Source of the DNA: a virus
Taxonomy: Duplodnaviria; Caudoviricetes
DNA: 64,000 bases
Strand: one strand, 5' to 3'
Virus record (IMG/VR): IMGVR_UViG_3300033463_000005
Span: 128,001 to 192,000 of that record
In this document: piece after piece, positions 19,415 through 27,831 of the stretch
How the letters are laid out: each line of letters begins with the position of its first letter
Numbering within the stretch: position 1 is the stretch's first letter
Program-made: the position numbers and the translations under genes
Notes under the pieces: model-generated
Told to the model about the DNA's origin: nothing
The model's database searches: none
What the model saw: the letters and a program-made list of their open reading frames with translations, nothing else

Positions 19415-20188
19415 TTAATCAAAGAATATACGTGACATCAAACAACAATAATATTCATGATCGCCAACTGTAACAATTGATCCAGTATTGGTTAATTGGT
19501 CAACACATGATGCCATGAATACATGTGGCATATATTTAATATCATTTTGAGAATTATTCCAAACTGGTAGATTGGATAACATTGTTTGCCTTATAGCAGG
19601 TGCCTGTACACTTGTTGATGACGCGCCTTCATTAAAACTTATATCAACAACTCGGTATTGTGCAGATGTTGTATCACCATCTTTTGTTAAAGTAGCTAAT
19701 GAACCTGGATAAATGCTAAATGAGGAATTATACACCGCTCCTTTGTTATAAAATGCACAAACTTCTCCATGATTATCAGTTGTAATAATCATGACATTTG
19801 TTGTGAGTATACAACCACTGGCAACTGCTGTTGGCCAATAAATTACAGCAATACAATTATCAGAACATACAATTCTGAAATTTGCATTGTGATTAGTACC
19901 ACTATAATAGTCTAATATTTGAGACAGATATTGTGAATTAGTAAATGATGTAATGTTAAGATAACATGGGGAAGTATAGTTATATCTGACCTGGAAATCT
20001 ATTCGACCATTATTTGATATGGCGGTATATAAATTAAATACTAAAAACCACCAGGTACCATTAGTTGTATCCGCATATACATTGACACTAGATAATGATT
20101 CTGGTTTATTTGCATTTATAAATGTACTCATATCTTCGACTTGCTGTGTGTTCGTAATATTTAAAAATTCACGTGTCACAAATGCCAT
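19415..20188 (-). CDS. Hypothetical virion (tail) protein
   Basis: GGAGG RBS; beta-rich; lies in the tail operon. Confidence 0.6.
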   Translation of the reverse strand: MAFVTREFLNITNTQQVEDMSTFINANKPESLSSVNVYADTTNGTWWFLVFNLYTAISNNGRIDFQVRYNYTSPCYLNITSFTNSQYLSQILDYYSGTNHNANFRIVCSDNCIAVIYWPTAVASGCILTTNVMIITTDNHGEVCAFYNKGAVYNSSFSIYPGSLATLTKDGDTTSAQYRVVDISFNEGASSTSVQAPAIRQTMLSNLPVWNNSQNDIKYMPHVFMASCVDQLTNTGSIVTVGDHEYYCCLMSRIFFD

Positions 20189-20203
20189 ATTATTTCACCT
20201 CCA

Positions 20204-21346
20204 TTATGATGATGGGATTGTCATATGACCCATTACATTTGTTACAATGCCATTTTCATACAATGGAATCGTATGTCCAATCGGTTGTGTTAATTCGGGT
20301 TCTGGTGGTGTTGGTGGATCCACCATTGGATTATTATTGCACAGAAACCATATCTGACCTAATGCAGCAAATGGATCGATATCATATGAAAATTCATTTT
20401 TGGTCACAGTTATTGCACCAGGTGTTTCTTCTGATAATTGAACATCAGTTACACCACTGGCACCAACAGATTTCCATGTTCCATCAGATGCAAGAAATGT
20501 ATCAACATCTTCAGTTGTTGGTGCAGGGACCAAACCACGTACACCGTCTTCTTCACCATCTGTACCAACAAAATCATCATAATTTTCTAATGATGCAAGC
20601 TTCGTCTTTTCTTCCGTTGTATAAGATGCCGTGGTTGCATCCAACACAACAATGTTGTCATGTTTATGCGCCCAATCCACAACAGGTTGCGTGACCTGAT
20701 CTAATACTGCTTTATTCGTATGCGTATGTACATCATCCACAACTTCTTGGGTGACTTGATCCAATACTGCTTTATTGGAATGCGTATGGGAATCATCCAC
20801 CACAGATTGTGTGACTTGGTTTAATACATTCATATTGGAATGCGTATGTGCAACTGATTCCAATGATTGTAATCGTGGATATACTTCGGACTTTTTACAA
20901 TATTCCGATAAGTCGACATCTACAATTCCAGTGACACAAATCCATTTATTCCCATTCCATAAATATGTAAATGGATCATCACCATCAGGATTTCGAACAA
21001 ATCGAACATCACCCTGTGAGTTTCCTGTGGAAGGTAATGTTTCTTTGGATGGATATTCATTAATAGATTTAATGGACATATAATCCAAATTTTTGATGAT
21101 TTGATCAATTTCTTGTTTGGTATAATAATTGGATAAATCTCCACCATCACCACCGACATATGGTAATTGTGAATAGTATTTATTTCCTTCACCGATTTTC
21201 AATTTGGTTTTGTAATCGGTTGTTAATTCAATACACAAACAACCACGTGGAACAATCCAGTTGGCAATTGCACGGTCATTCCATTGTGCTGTTGTTTTTA
21301 CAATATGCATATGGGAATCGGGTGCTGGATTGACTGCTTGTGACAT
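20204..21346 (-). CDS. Tail fibre protein with Mtd-N/hyaluronidase-N-like domain and HTH-N repeats
   Basis: TTAQW...GCLCIELT..KLKIGEG...SQLPY; HTHSNKAVLDQVTQ repeats; GVRGLVPAP...FLASDGTW. Confidence 0.7.
   Translation of the reverse strand: MSQAVNPAPDSHMHIVKTTAQWNDRAIANWIVPRGCLCIELTTDYKTKLKIGEGNKYYSQLPYVGGDGGDLSNYYTKQEIDQIIKNLDYMSIKSINEYPSKETLPSTGNSQGDVRFVRNPDGDDPFTYLWNGNKWICVTGIVDVDLSEYCKKSEVYPRLQSLESVAHTHSNMNVLNQVTQSVVDDSHTHSNKAVLDQVTQEVVDDVHTHTNKAVLDQVTQPVVDWAHKHDNIVVLDATTASYTTEEKTKLASLENYDDFVGTDGEEDGVRGLVPAPTTEDVDTFLASDGTWKSVGASGVTDVQLSEETPGAITVTKNEFSYDIDPFAALGQIWFLCNNNPMVDPPTPPEPELTQPIGHTIPLYENGIVTNVMGHMTIPSS
20640..20850 (-). repeat. About 3.5 copies of a 60-bp (20-aa) tandem repeat
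   Basis: HTHSNMNVLNQVTQSVVDDS / HTHSNKAVLDQVTQEVVDDV / HTHTNKAVLDQVTQPVVDWA / HKHDNIVVLD. Confidence 0.8.
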
Positions 21347-21372
21347 ATGATACACCTCCTTCTACACCAAGT

Positions 21373-21384
21373 TACAAAACCGTT
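21373..21384 (-). promoter_or_regulatory. Putative late promoter AACG-N6-TA
   Basis: AACGGTTTTGTA about 27 nt upstream of the tail fibre start. Confidence 0.55.
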
Positions 21385-21432
21385 TTCATTGTGGGGCATA
21401 TGCCCCACTTTCTATAATTTTAAAATTTAAGA

Positions 21433-21449
21433 TTTATATTATTAATATG
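21433..21449 (+). promoter_or_regulatory. Putative early promoter
   Basis: TTTATATTATTAATATG. Confidence 0.6.
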
Positions 21450-21530
21450 AACTAAACATACGATATTATTTGTGTATCTCATGGCAAATGATATTGTCTT
21501 TTTAACATGAGAAGAAACCTGGAGGGATCT

Positions 21531-21956
21531 ATGATGATCATCAGAGACCTTTATATCACCCCGTCAATTGAGGAAAATGGTGATATCGATATCACTATCG
21601 AAAAAACCAAAGCAAGAGGAGAAGATTGTCCGCCTTCTTCCTGGATCGTTCATCTTGAATGGACGGTGAATTCTACATCATATGATGTTGAGTTCTTTAT
21701 CGGCAATTGGAAAATTGCCTGGGTATCGCCAGAAGATGACGATACCGACATAAGTATGGCTGTTGGCATCCACAACACTTATGTTGATATGCTCGAATTA
21801 ATCGGGCGTGAAATCAAGGACCATATGAATTGGTTGTCCCCATTGACAGGTGGGGACAAGATTGGTGATGTTATTATTGATCACAACAATAATTATATCC
21901 CGACCATGATTGCTAATGAGGCAATCAAAAGACTCCATGAATATGGGGTCTTGTAA
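21531..21956 (+). CDS. Hypothetical protein (cassette inside the tail block)
   Basis: GGAGG RBS; flanked by a promoter motif and a terminator at 21966-22001. Confidence 0.7.
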   Translation: MMIIRDLYITPSIEENGDIDITIEKTKARGEDCPPSSWIVHLEWTVNSTSYDVEFFIGNWKIAWVSPEDDDTDISMAVGIHNTYVDMLELIGREIKDHMNWLSPLTGGDKIGDVIIDHNNNYIPTMIANEAIKRLHEYGVL

Positions 21957-22046
21957 TGAATATGGGAATGGGGCGCTTAATGCGCCCCATTCATTTTTTT
22001 TGTTAAATTGGTTTTGATGTCAAACTTTGATGGATGATATTGTGGC

Positions 22047-25000
22047 TCACTTATAAACAGGGGAGGCGCCGATGTGCCAAGCCGAGAGGGACGCCGCGGT
22101 ATACACATTAACATACCGCAAGCCGGAGTAAGCATCGTTGTCACAGTAACCACCGCGAATGGCGACGCGAACACCAGATTGATTCTGATAGAAATAATCA
22201 CAATAGTATGTCGATTGTGTGCCACCAACAACCGTCGGCAAACTTCCAAACTGTGTAGATACTTCTGTCTTGATGTAGTTGTTCGATGTCGGTGATTGCG
22301 CAACAGATGTACTGATTGCGGTATATCCTTCTCCGGTAAGATTGTACGCGGGATGCTCTTTGATCTTATAGATACCGGCATCAAGAATAAGACCAAGCTC
22401 TATATCCCATCTTTCAGCCCAGAGTGCTTCCATGCCGAAGCACTTGACTTGTGAAGTGGTGGTGGAATATCCAAAGAACTTGCCCTTGTCATTGAGCGTT
22501 CCACAGTTAAGGAAATCAGATGCAGAATTTCCGCCGGTAGAATGCCCTTGACCGAACTTGCCTTGCGTGTCAAGGCTCTTGCTGATAAGCGTGAGCAGGT
22601 CACAAAGCATTTCTTTCGACGTGTAGTCCCAAATCTGCCAACCTGTTCCAAGTGCGGACGCGGCATCGACTTCCTGCTGCGCGGTTGTGCCTGATTGTGG
22701 TTTCACTCCAGATATAGACCGCAGTTTGCCATCAACCATTGACCCTTTGTAGATCGGCAGATAAATATACGGCTTCACAACACCGTTTGCGTCCTCGTGT
22801 GCATAAGCATGGAAATCACTATCAAGCTGTCTGTCTGAAATCTCGATGTAGTTGTAGCTGCCATCGTCTGTGCGCTTTATCCACACGGTCGGGAACGCGA
22901 TCATGGCGTTCATTGATTTCGTGGAATCGGCAATATCAGACGCGGTTCCATCGAGTTTCTTTGAGTAATCGTTCGGGTCAATGTCATATGCTTCCGTGCC
23001 GTCGAAATTGAGCATGACAGGACGAGCGTTCTTGATAAACCAGACATTTTCCCAAGAACCGTAGTCGAACACACCGTTTGCGAAATCCATTCCTGCCGGT
23101 GTCATTGTTACAGCATCATGCGTATAGATGACTGCATTAGACGGATCAGAAACAGACTTGTCGATCTTGAAGCCGAAATGGACAGGTTTCGCGTGTACTT
23201 TTACAGTCATAGAAGACGGCGCTATCGTTGTTCCCACAGAAATTGTCGTTGTTCCGTCATTAGTCGGCAAAGTAACACCCGCCTGCTCGCTTGTGAGCGT
23301 GTCCACATAGCTGCCGATTTTCATCAATGGCTCGTTGACTATGCCGGTCTGCTCGTTTGCTAGGACGTACCAGACGGTGACGGGCGTGCCGGCGGCGTAT
23401 TGACTTGCAAGATATGTTTTCCACGCGTCCGTTGTCTGAACAGTTCCAGTAGAAAATGCAAGCCATTTCTGCGTCGATGCAACGCCAACGCCTACAAATA
23501 AACCGTCGTAAATAACATTAAACGGTTTCGATTCATAGTGGGTAGATATTGCTTCCCCACCAACAAGAATATCACTTGCTACGATATAGAATGATTTACC
23601 CGAGGTTCCAAGTTCAGACCAGCTCTCCGTCCCATACAGCACCAACTTCTTAATCCTTCTCGTCGTCTGCACTCTGCCAAGATAGACATTCTGCGTCTGT
23701 CCGGCGGATGTGAGGGAGATTTTATATCCATCGGTTAAAACCACATCGCCGATGGTGCAGACGAAAACAATATTGGCATCGCAGAAAATCACTGACGCAT
23801 AGACTTCTTCGGAGCCATTGTACGATGTACGCCAGACGCCATCTGATGTAATCGTTACAGATGTGCCGGGTACAATCTGATTTCCAGAAACTCTTCGGAA
23901 GCAGATTCTGAATTTTCCGTTTGAGTAAAGCCCCGCAGAGCCATTACTAACTTTTACCTGGAAATACGTCGTTTTGTATGTTGGAATCTCATCTGTCAAA
24001 TTAAATGCAAGGTAGTTTGTTCCGGTTGATAATGTAGATTCTACGGAAAAAGTTCCGTCAGAATTTTCTGTAACAGTGAAAACAGGGCTGTTTTGTCTCC
24101 ATCCGCCAGACCATCCGTTTATTTCATCCCCACACCCGTCCACCGAAACCGGCGCATCCTGTGCAGGTGTGCCGGACTGAACTGCGTTGCCGTCAATAGA
24201 CCAGCTCTTAACCGGCAAGCCATATCCTCTCACAGAGATAGACGATGTTCCGGTGAAGGTGTCAGCTCTGCCCCATGCGATTGCATAAGCTCCTGTGTCA
24301 AGAGAATATGTGCCGCCTTGTTCGGGGGTTCCGTTTGCGGTAGGATAGATGGGGTTTGTCGGGGATGGTGTTCCGGTTTGAGTTAGGAAACCTTCGACTG
24401 TGCCTGTGAGGTTTGAGGGGACTGTGATTGTTTCTGTGGTGGGGGTGGCTAGGACGTACCAGACGGTGACGGGCGTGCCGGCGGCGTATTGGTCGGCAAG
24501 GTAGGTTTTAAAAGCGTCTGCTGTCGAAAATACTGTGTCTTTGAACCTAAGACCGCTACCGCCATCAGATGTGTGCCATGACAAAAATTCTGAATACTGT
24601 CCTCCGTGTTGCGCCCATTCCGCATTTGAAATTGACACAAAATGCGAGCAGCACCAGAAAATGTCTGATGTTTCCGGTAGCGTCATCGGTTGTGTCAGGA
24701 TTAGTTTAAACGGTGCAGACGATCCGAGTTGATATGTCACCGTTTCCTGCCCCGTCAGTACCAGCTTCTTAATCTTTCTCGTCAACCCACCACTAGACAA
24801 ATCCAGTGTATCCTTATATGTGCTGATTCCACACAGTGGGTTTGTGAGACCGTGGAGGATGACTCTGGTTTTTGCTTCCCATGCTTCTTTGGTGATGCGG
24901 TAAGGAACGTATTGTGATGGTGCTATAGATCCTTCAACAACCATCATTGTATCAATGCATTGTTGAATCTCTTCCGCAGTATTTGAATCTGTTCCAGCAT

Positions 25001-25727
25001 GCTTCGCATAATATACGACAATATATGCACTATCTGCAGCAGATGTAGTTGTAATAGAATATGCGTCGGAATCAAAAACTGCACCAGATACAACCTGATC
25101 TTTATACAGAGGAAAACTGTCGACAAATCCAACAGTGAACCGGTGCAGAATAACCTGTCGTGATACGGTATATATTGTATTTGGTTTACATGGTAGCACG
25201 AACATATCACAATTTACTGATGCAACAACTTTTGTTGTGATGTACCAGTCTCCACCACTGACAATATTATTCTTATCGAACAAATTTTCTGTCCGTGCTT
25301 TTACATAAACATGATCCAGTGGCTTCTCAATACGGTATGGTTCATAAGGTAATGCTGTAGTTCCTGTATTAATCATTAACTGAAAATCATCATCTAGCTC
25401 AGGCATAGAACCGTCTGAACGCTTAATTACAACTGCAATATATGGTGATGTTCCTTGATATGAAGTAACCCATGATGTATATTCTTTTGTATATAATTGA
25501 TTTGAATCAAAGAAGCACAAGAACACGTTGAAATTAGAATTAATTGTTAAACTAAATTCACCGTTTGTTTTTATCAAGTATATACTTCTTAAACGCGTTG
25601 TGCCAGGTGTATCTTTTTTCAATTGTTCGTATGTGGCACCAACAGCTGTAGCCTGTTCTGCAACAGTTCCACGCTCTATACTTTTTTCATCAAATAGATT
25701 ATTTGTTCTTGCCCATAAATGAGACAT
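22047..25727 (-). CDS. Large mosaic tail fibre/receptor-binding protein with C-terminal CLec (DGR-target-like) domain
   Basis: Repeated NLFD...YEPY and KLVL...TPVTVWYVLA modules; C-terminus VAIRGGYCDND..SGLRYVNV..AAS.S.WHIGAS. Confidence 0.8.
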   Translation of the reverse strand: MSHLWARTNNLFDEKSIERGTVAEQATAVGATYEQLKKDTPGTTRLRSIYLIKTNGEFSLTINSNFNVFLCFFDSNQLYTKEYTSWVTSYQGTSPYIAVVIKRSDGSMPELDDDFQLMINTGTTALPYEPYRIEKPLDHVYVKARTENLFDKNNIVSGGDWYITTKVVASVNCDMFVLPCKPNTIYTVSRQVILHRFTVGFVDSFPLYKDQVVSGAVFDSDAYSITTTSAADSAYIVVYYAKHAGTDSNTAEEIQQCIDTMMVVEGSIAPSQYVPYRITKEAWEAKTRVILHGLTNPLCGISTYKDTLDLSSGGLTRKIKKLVLTGQETVTYQLGSSAPFKLILTQPMTLPETSDIFWCCSHFVSISNAEWAQHGGQYSEFLSWHTSDGGSGLRFKDTVFSTADAFKTYLADQYAAGTPVTVWYVLATPTTETITVPSNLTGTVEGFLTQTGTPSPTNPIYPTANGTPEQGGTYSLDTGAYAIAWGRADTFTGTSSISVRGYGLPVKSWSIDGNAVQSGTPAQDAPVSVDGCGDEINGWSGGWRQNSPVFTVTENSDGTFSVESTLSTGTNYLAFNLTDEIPTYKTTYFQVKVSNGSAGLYSNGKFRICFRRVSGNQIVPGTSVTITSDGVWRTSYNGSEEVYASVIFCDANIVFVCTIGDVVLTDGYKISLTSAGQTQNVYLGRVQTTRRIKKLVLYGTESWSELGTSGKSFYIVASDILVGGEAISTHYESKPFNVIYDGLFVGVGVASTQKWLAFSTGTVQTTDAWKTYLASQYAAGTPVTVWYVLANEQTGIVNEPLMKIGSYVDTLTSEQAGVTLPTNDGTTTISVGTTIAPSSMTVKVHAKPVHFGFKIDKSVSDPSNAVIYTHDAVTMTPAGMDFANGVFDYGSWENVWFIKNARPVMLNFDGTEAYDIDPNDYSKKLDGTASDIADSTKSMNAMIAFPTVWIKRTDDGSYNYIEISDRQLDSDFHAYAHEDANGVVKPYIYLPIYKGSMVDGKLRSISGVKPQSGTTAQQEVDAASALGTGWQIWDYTSKEMLCDLLTLISKSLDTQGKFGQGHSTGGNSASDFLNCGTLNDKGKFFGYSTTTSQVKCFGMEALWAERWDIELGLILDAGIYKIKEHPAYNLTGEGYTAISTSVAQSPTSNNYIKTEVSTQFGSLPTVVGGTQSTYYCDYFYQNQSGVRVAIRGGYCDNDAYSGLRYVNVYTAASLSAWHIGASPVYK
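23359..24491. repeat. 44-bp identical direct repeat (23359-23402 and 24448-24491)
   Basis: GCTAGGACGTACCAGACGGTGACGGGCGTGCCGGCGGCGTATTG occurs twice, encoding QYAAGTPVTVWYVLA. Confidence 0.9.
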
Positions 25728-25740
25728 TGATGTTCACCTC

Positions 25741-26055
25741 TCAATCATAGGTAAAGTAGACGTCTGCAGTTTTCGTTGCAAGTTGTGAATATGCGGTTTC
25801 AGACATAATTTCACCAACAATCGTTGTTTTCAAATTACCACTGGCATCTGTTGTCAAACCATCGCCGACTTTCACACCCACAACATTACTTGCGAGACTA
25901 ATTGCAGTTCCGGTAGTTAATGCATCTTGTTTTCCGTTTACAACGGTCTGTATATTTGATATGGCATTTGATTGGGTTTCCAGCTCATCTTTCGTAATCC
26001 CAATCAATGTTTTAATAGCATCTTCTGATACTACTTTTTTATCAGGAAATTGCAT
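25741..26055 (-). CDS. Small tail fibre-associated protein
   Basis: AGAGAGG RBS; KQDALTTG and VGDGLTTDASGNL fibre-like motifs. Confidence 0.65.
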   Translation of the reverse strand: MQFPDKKVVSEDAIKTLIGITKDELETQSNAISNIQTVVNGKQDALTTGTAISLASNVVGVKVGDGLTTDASGNLKTTIVGEIMSETAYSQLATKTADVYFTYD

Positions 26056-26103
26056 AATACATACCTCTCTTTCAAGATTTTCGTGCATGATATGTTGCAC
26101 GGT

Positions 26104-26115
26104 TATTGAAACGTT
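26104..26115 (-). promoter_or_regulatory. Putative late promoter AACG-N6-TA
   Basis: AACGTTTCAATA upstream of 26055. Confidence 0.5.
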
Positions 26116-26300
26116 TTGTGCATGTACAAACATTTCTATAGCACTAATCGTGTGAATCGGATCAGATGCTATAATAGCAACCATCATATATCCGTTGGTT
26201 TGAATGGATTTTCGTATATCCATACCGAACGTGGTCCATATCGCATTTATATTAAATATTTTATTTTATGAACAAGGGACATTTTTACACAAATAAAAAA

Positions 26301-26414
26301 ATGTCACCCTGCTGAGTGGCAATTGGAATAATGCTAGTAATGCAGGATTGATGTATTGGAATGTGAATAATACCACGTCGAATCGGAATCGGAATATCAG
26401 TACCCACCAATGTT
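26301..26414 (+). repeat. DGR template repeat (TR)
   Basis: 114-nt ungapped match to the reverse complement of 27849-27962; all 23 differences are at TR adenines; rich in AAT codons. Confidence 0.95.
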
Positions 26415-26529
26415 GTGAAATTTATATGTGTACGTTCCAAACCACACCTCTTGGTGAAATACATAACATGTGATAATCCGTATTGGTAACGAAAGTGAAG
26501 ATTCGGTAATACCACAACACAAAGGATGA
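26415..26529 (+). ncRNA. DGR RNA 3' spacer (between TR and RT)
   Basis: Non-coding; contains CCTCTTGG and GTATTGGTAAC...GAAGATTCGG elements resembling, from memory, Firmicute DGR spacers. Confidence 0.5.
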
Positions 26530-27639
26530 ATGTATAAAATGAAACGTGAATTATATGCCCCCGGGAAACCCGGGGTCACATTATTTGATGACATTATTTC
26601 CATGGATAATCTAAGAGAGGCACATAAACATGCAAGAATGAATAAAACATGGTATAAGGAAGTACAAATGGTCGATTCTGATCCAGATTATTATTTACAA
26701 CGAATTCATGATGCATTATACAGCCATACATTTCATACATCAAACTATGATATATTTGAACGCCAAGAATTTAATAAAACCCGCGTAATATATAAATTAC
26801 CATATTATCCAGATAGAATTGTTCAGTGGGCAATCATATTAAAAATTCGACACATATTGGAACGGACATTTATTTCAACAACATATTCATCTATTCCAAA
26901 TAGAGGACCTTTGCGATGTATGATAAAAGTTCACAAAGATATGTGTCATGATTATTATGGAACAATGTGGTGTCTAAAATTGGATATTCACCATTATTAT
27001 CCATCGATTGATCACATGATTTTGAAACAAATGTATCGACGATTATTCAAAGACGATGAATTATTATGGTTAATAGATGATATAATTGATTCAGTTCCAA
27101 ACGATAAAGGGGTTCCAATTGGAAATTTCTTATCACAGTATTCCGGGAATTTATATTTAACATGGTTTGATCATTGGGTCAAAGAAGTTTTACATGTTAA
27201 ATATTATTATCGATACATGGATGATATGGTATTTTTATTTGGTGATCCAAAAGTAGCATGGAGTGTATTTTCTAAAGTGACTGAATATCTGAATATAATG
27301 CTGCGCTTAAGTCTAAAAGAAAATTATCAGTTATACCATGTCGATACAGATGGCATTGATTTTGTTGGATTCAGAATTTACCATGATCATGTTTTGATAC
27401 GGAATCGAATTAAAAAGAATTATATTCGAAAAGTGAAAAAATATAGATTCAGAAAAATGACACCATCAATATTATCATCATATTCGTCATATATGGGATT
27501 TCTACAACATGCGAATACATACAATTTGCAAAAATTACATTCACGCGAAATTGATTTAAATTGGGGATTAAAACGAGATATCAAGACAATAAGAAATCAA
27601 CCATATTTCAGATTGTTTAAAACAAATAAACAAAAATGA
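26530..27639 (+). CDS. DGR reverse transcriptase
   Basis: YPDRIVQWA, LKLDIHHYYPSIDH, GVPIGNFLSQY (DGR-type SQ), YYRYMDD, IDFVGF; adjacent to TR; start may be 26539 (MKR). Confidence 0.95.
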   Translation: MYKMKRELYAPGKPGVTLFDDIISMDNLREAHKHARMNKTWYKEVQMVDSDPDYYLQRIHDALYSHTFHTSNYDIFERQEFNKTRVIYKLPYYPDRIVQWAIILKIRHILERTFISTTYSSIPNRGPLRCMIKVHKDMCHDYYGTMWCLKLDIHHYYPSIDHMILKQMYRRLFKDDELLWLIDDIIDSVPNDKGVPIGNFLSQYSGNLYLTWFDHWVKEVLHVKYYYRYMDDMVFLFGDPKVAWSVFSKVTEYLNIMLRLSLKENYQLYHVDTDGIDFVGFRIYHDHVLIRNRIKKNYIRKVKKYRFRKMTPSILSSYSSYMGFLQHANTYNLQKLHSREIDLNWGLKRDIKTIRNQPYFRLFKTNKQK

Positions 27640-27671
27640 ATTCGGTTTTATTCATATAACAATAAAGATGA

Positions 27672-27695
27672 ATGGGGGCGCATATGCGCCCCCAT
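27672..27695. terminator. Perfect 24-bp palindrome between RT and target gene
   Basis: Identical to 1125-1148. Confidence 0.65.
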
Positions 27696-27725
27696 GGTGT
27701 ATATAGTATAAAAATCGCATACATC

Positions 27726-27751
27726 GGCGGCAAGTATATAAAGTTGCCGCC
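27726..27751. promoter_or_regulatory. GC-rich hairpin downstream of VR (candidate DGR target-recognition hairpin)
   Basis: GGCGGCAA-10 nt-TTGCCGCC, about 80 nt past the target gene stop. Confidence 0.4.
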
Positions 27752-27831
27752 ATTGTTTATACTAGATTCTATATTGATTACATTGCGGGCGGTATTTTTA
27801 AATGATACCTTTGCGACATTTTGTGTTCACA

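Noticed and set aside
25741-26223. ORF next to TR as the Avd accessory protein
   Set aside because: Opposite strand to TR/RT, carries fibre-like beta motifs, acidic to neutral, and not a basic four-helix protein; true start is probably 26055.
26530-27639. RT as group II intron, retron or Abi RT
   Set aside because: Short, has the GNFLSQ signature, lacks maturase/endonuclease domains, and a clear TR/VR pair is present.
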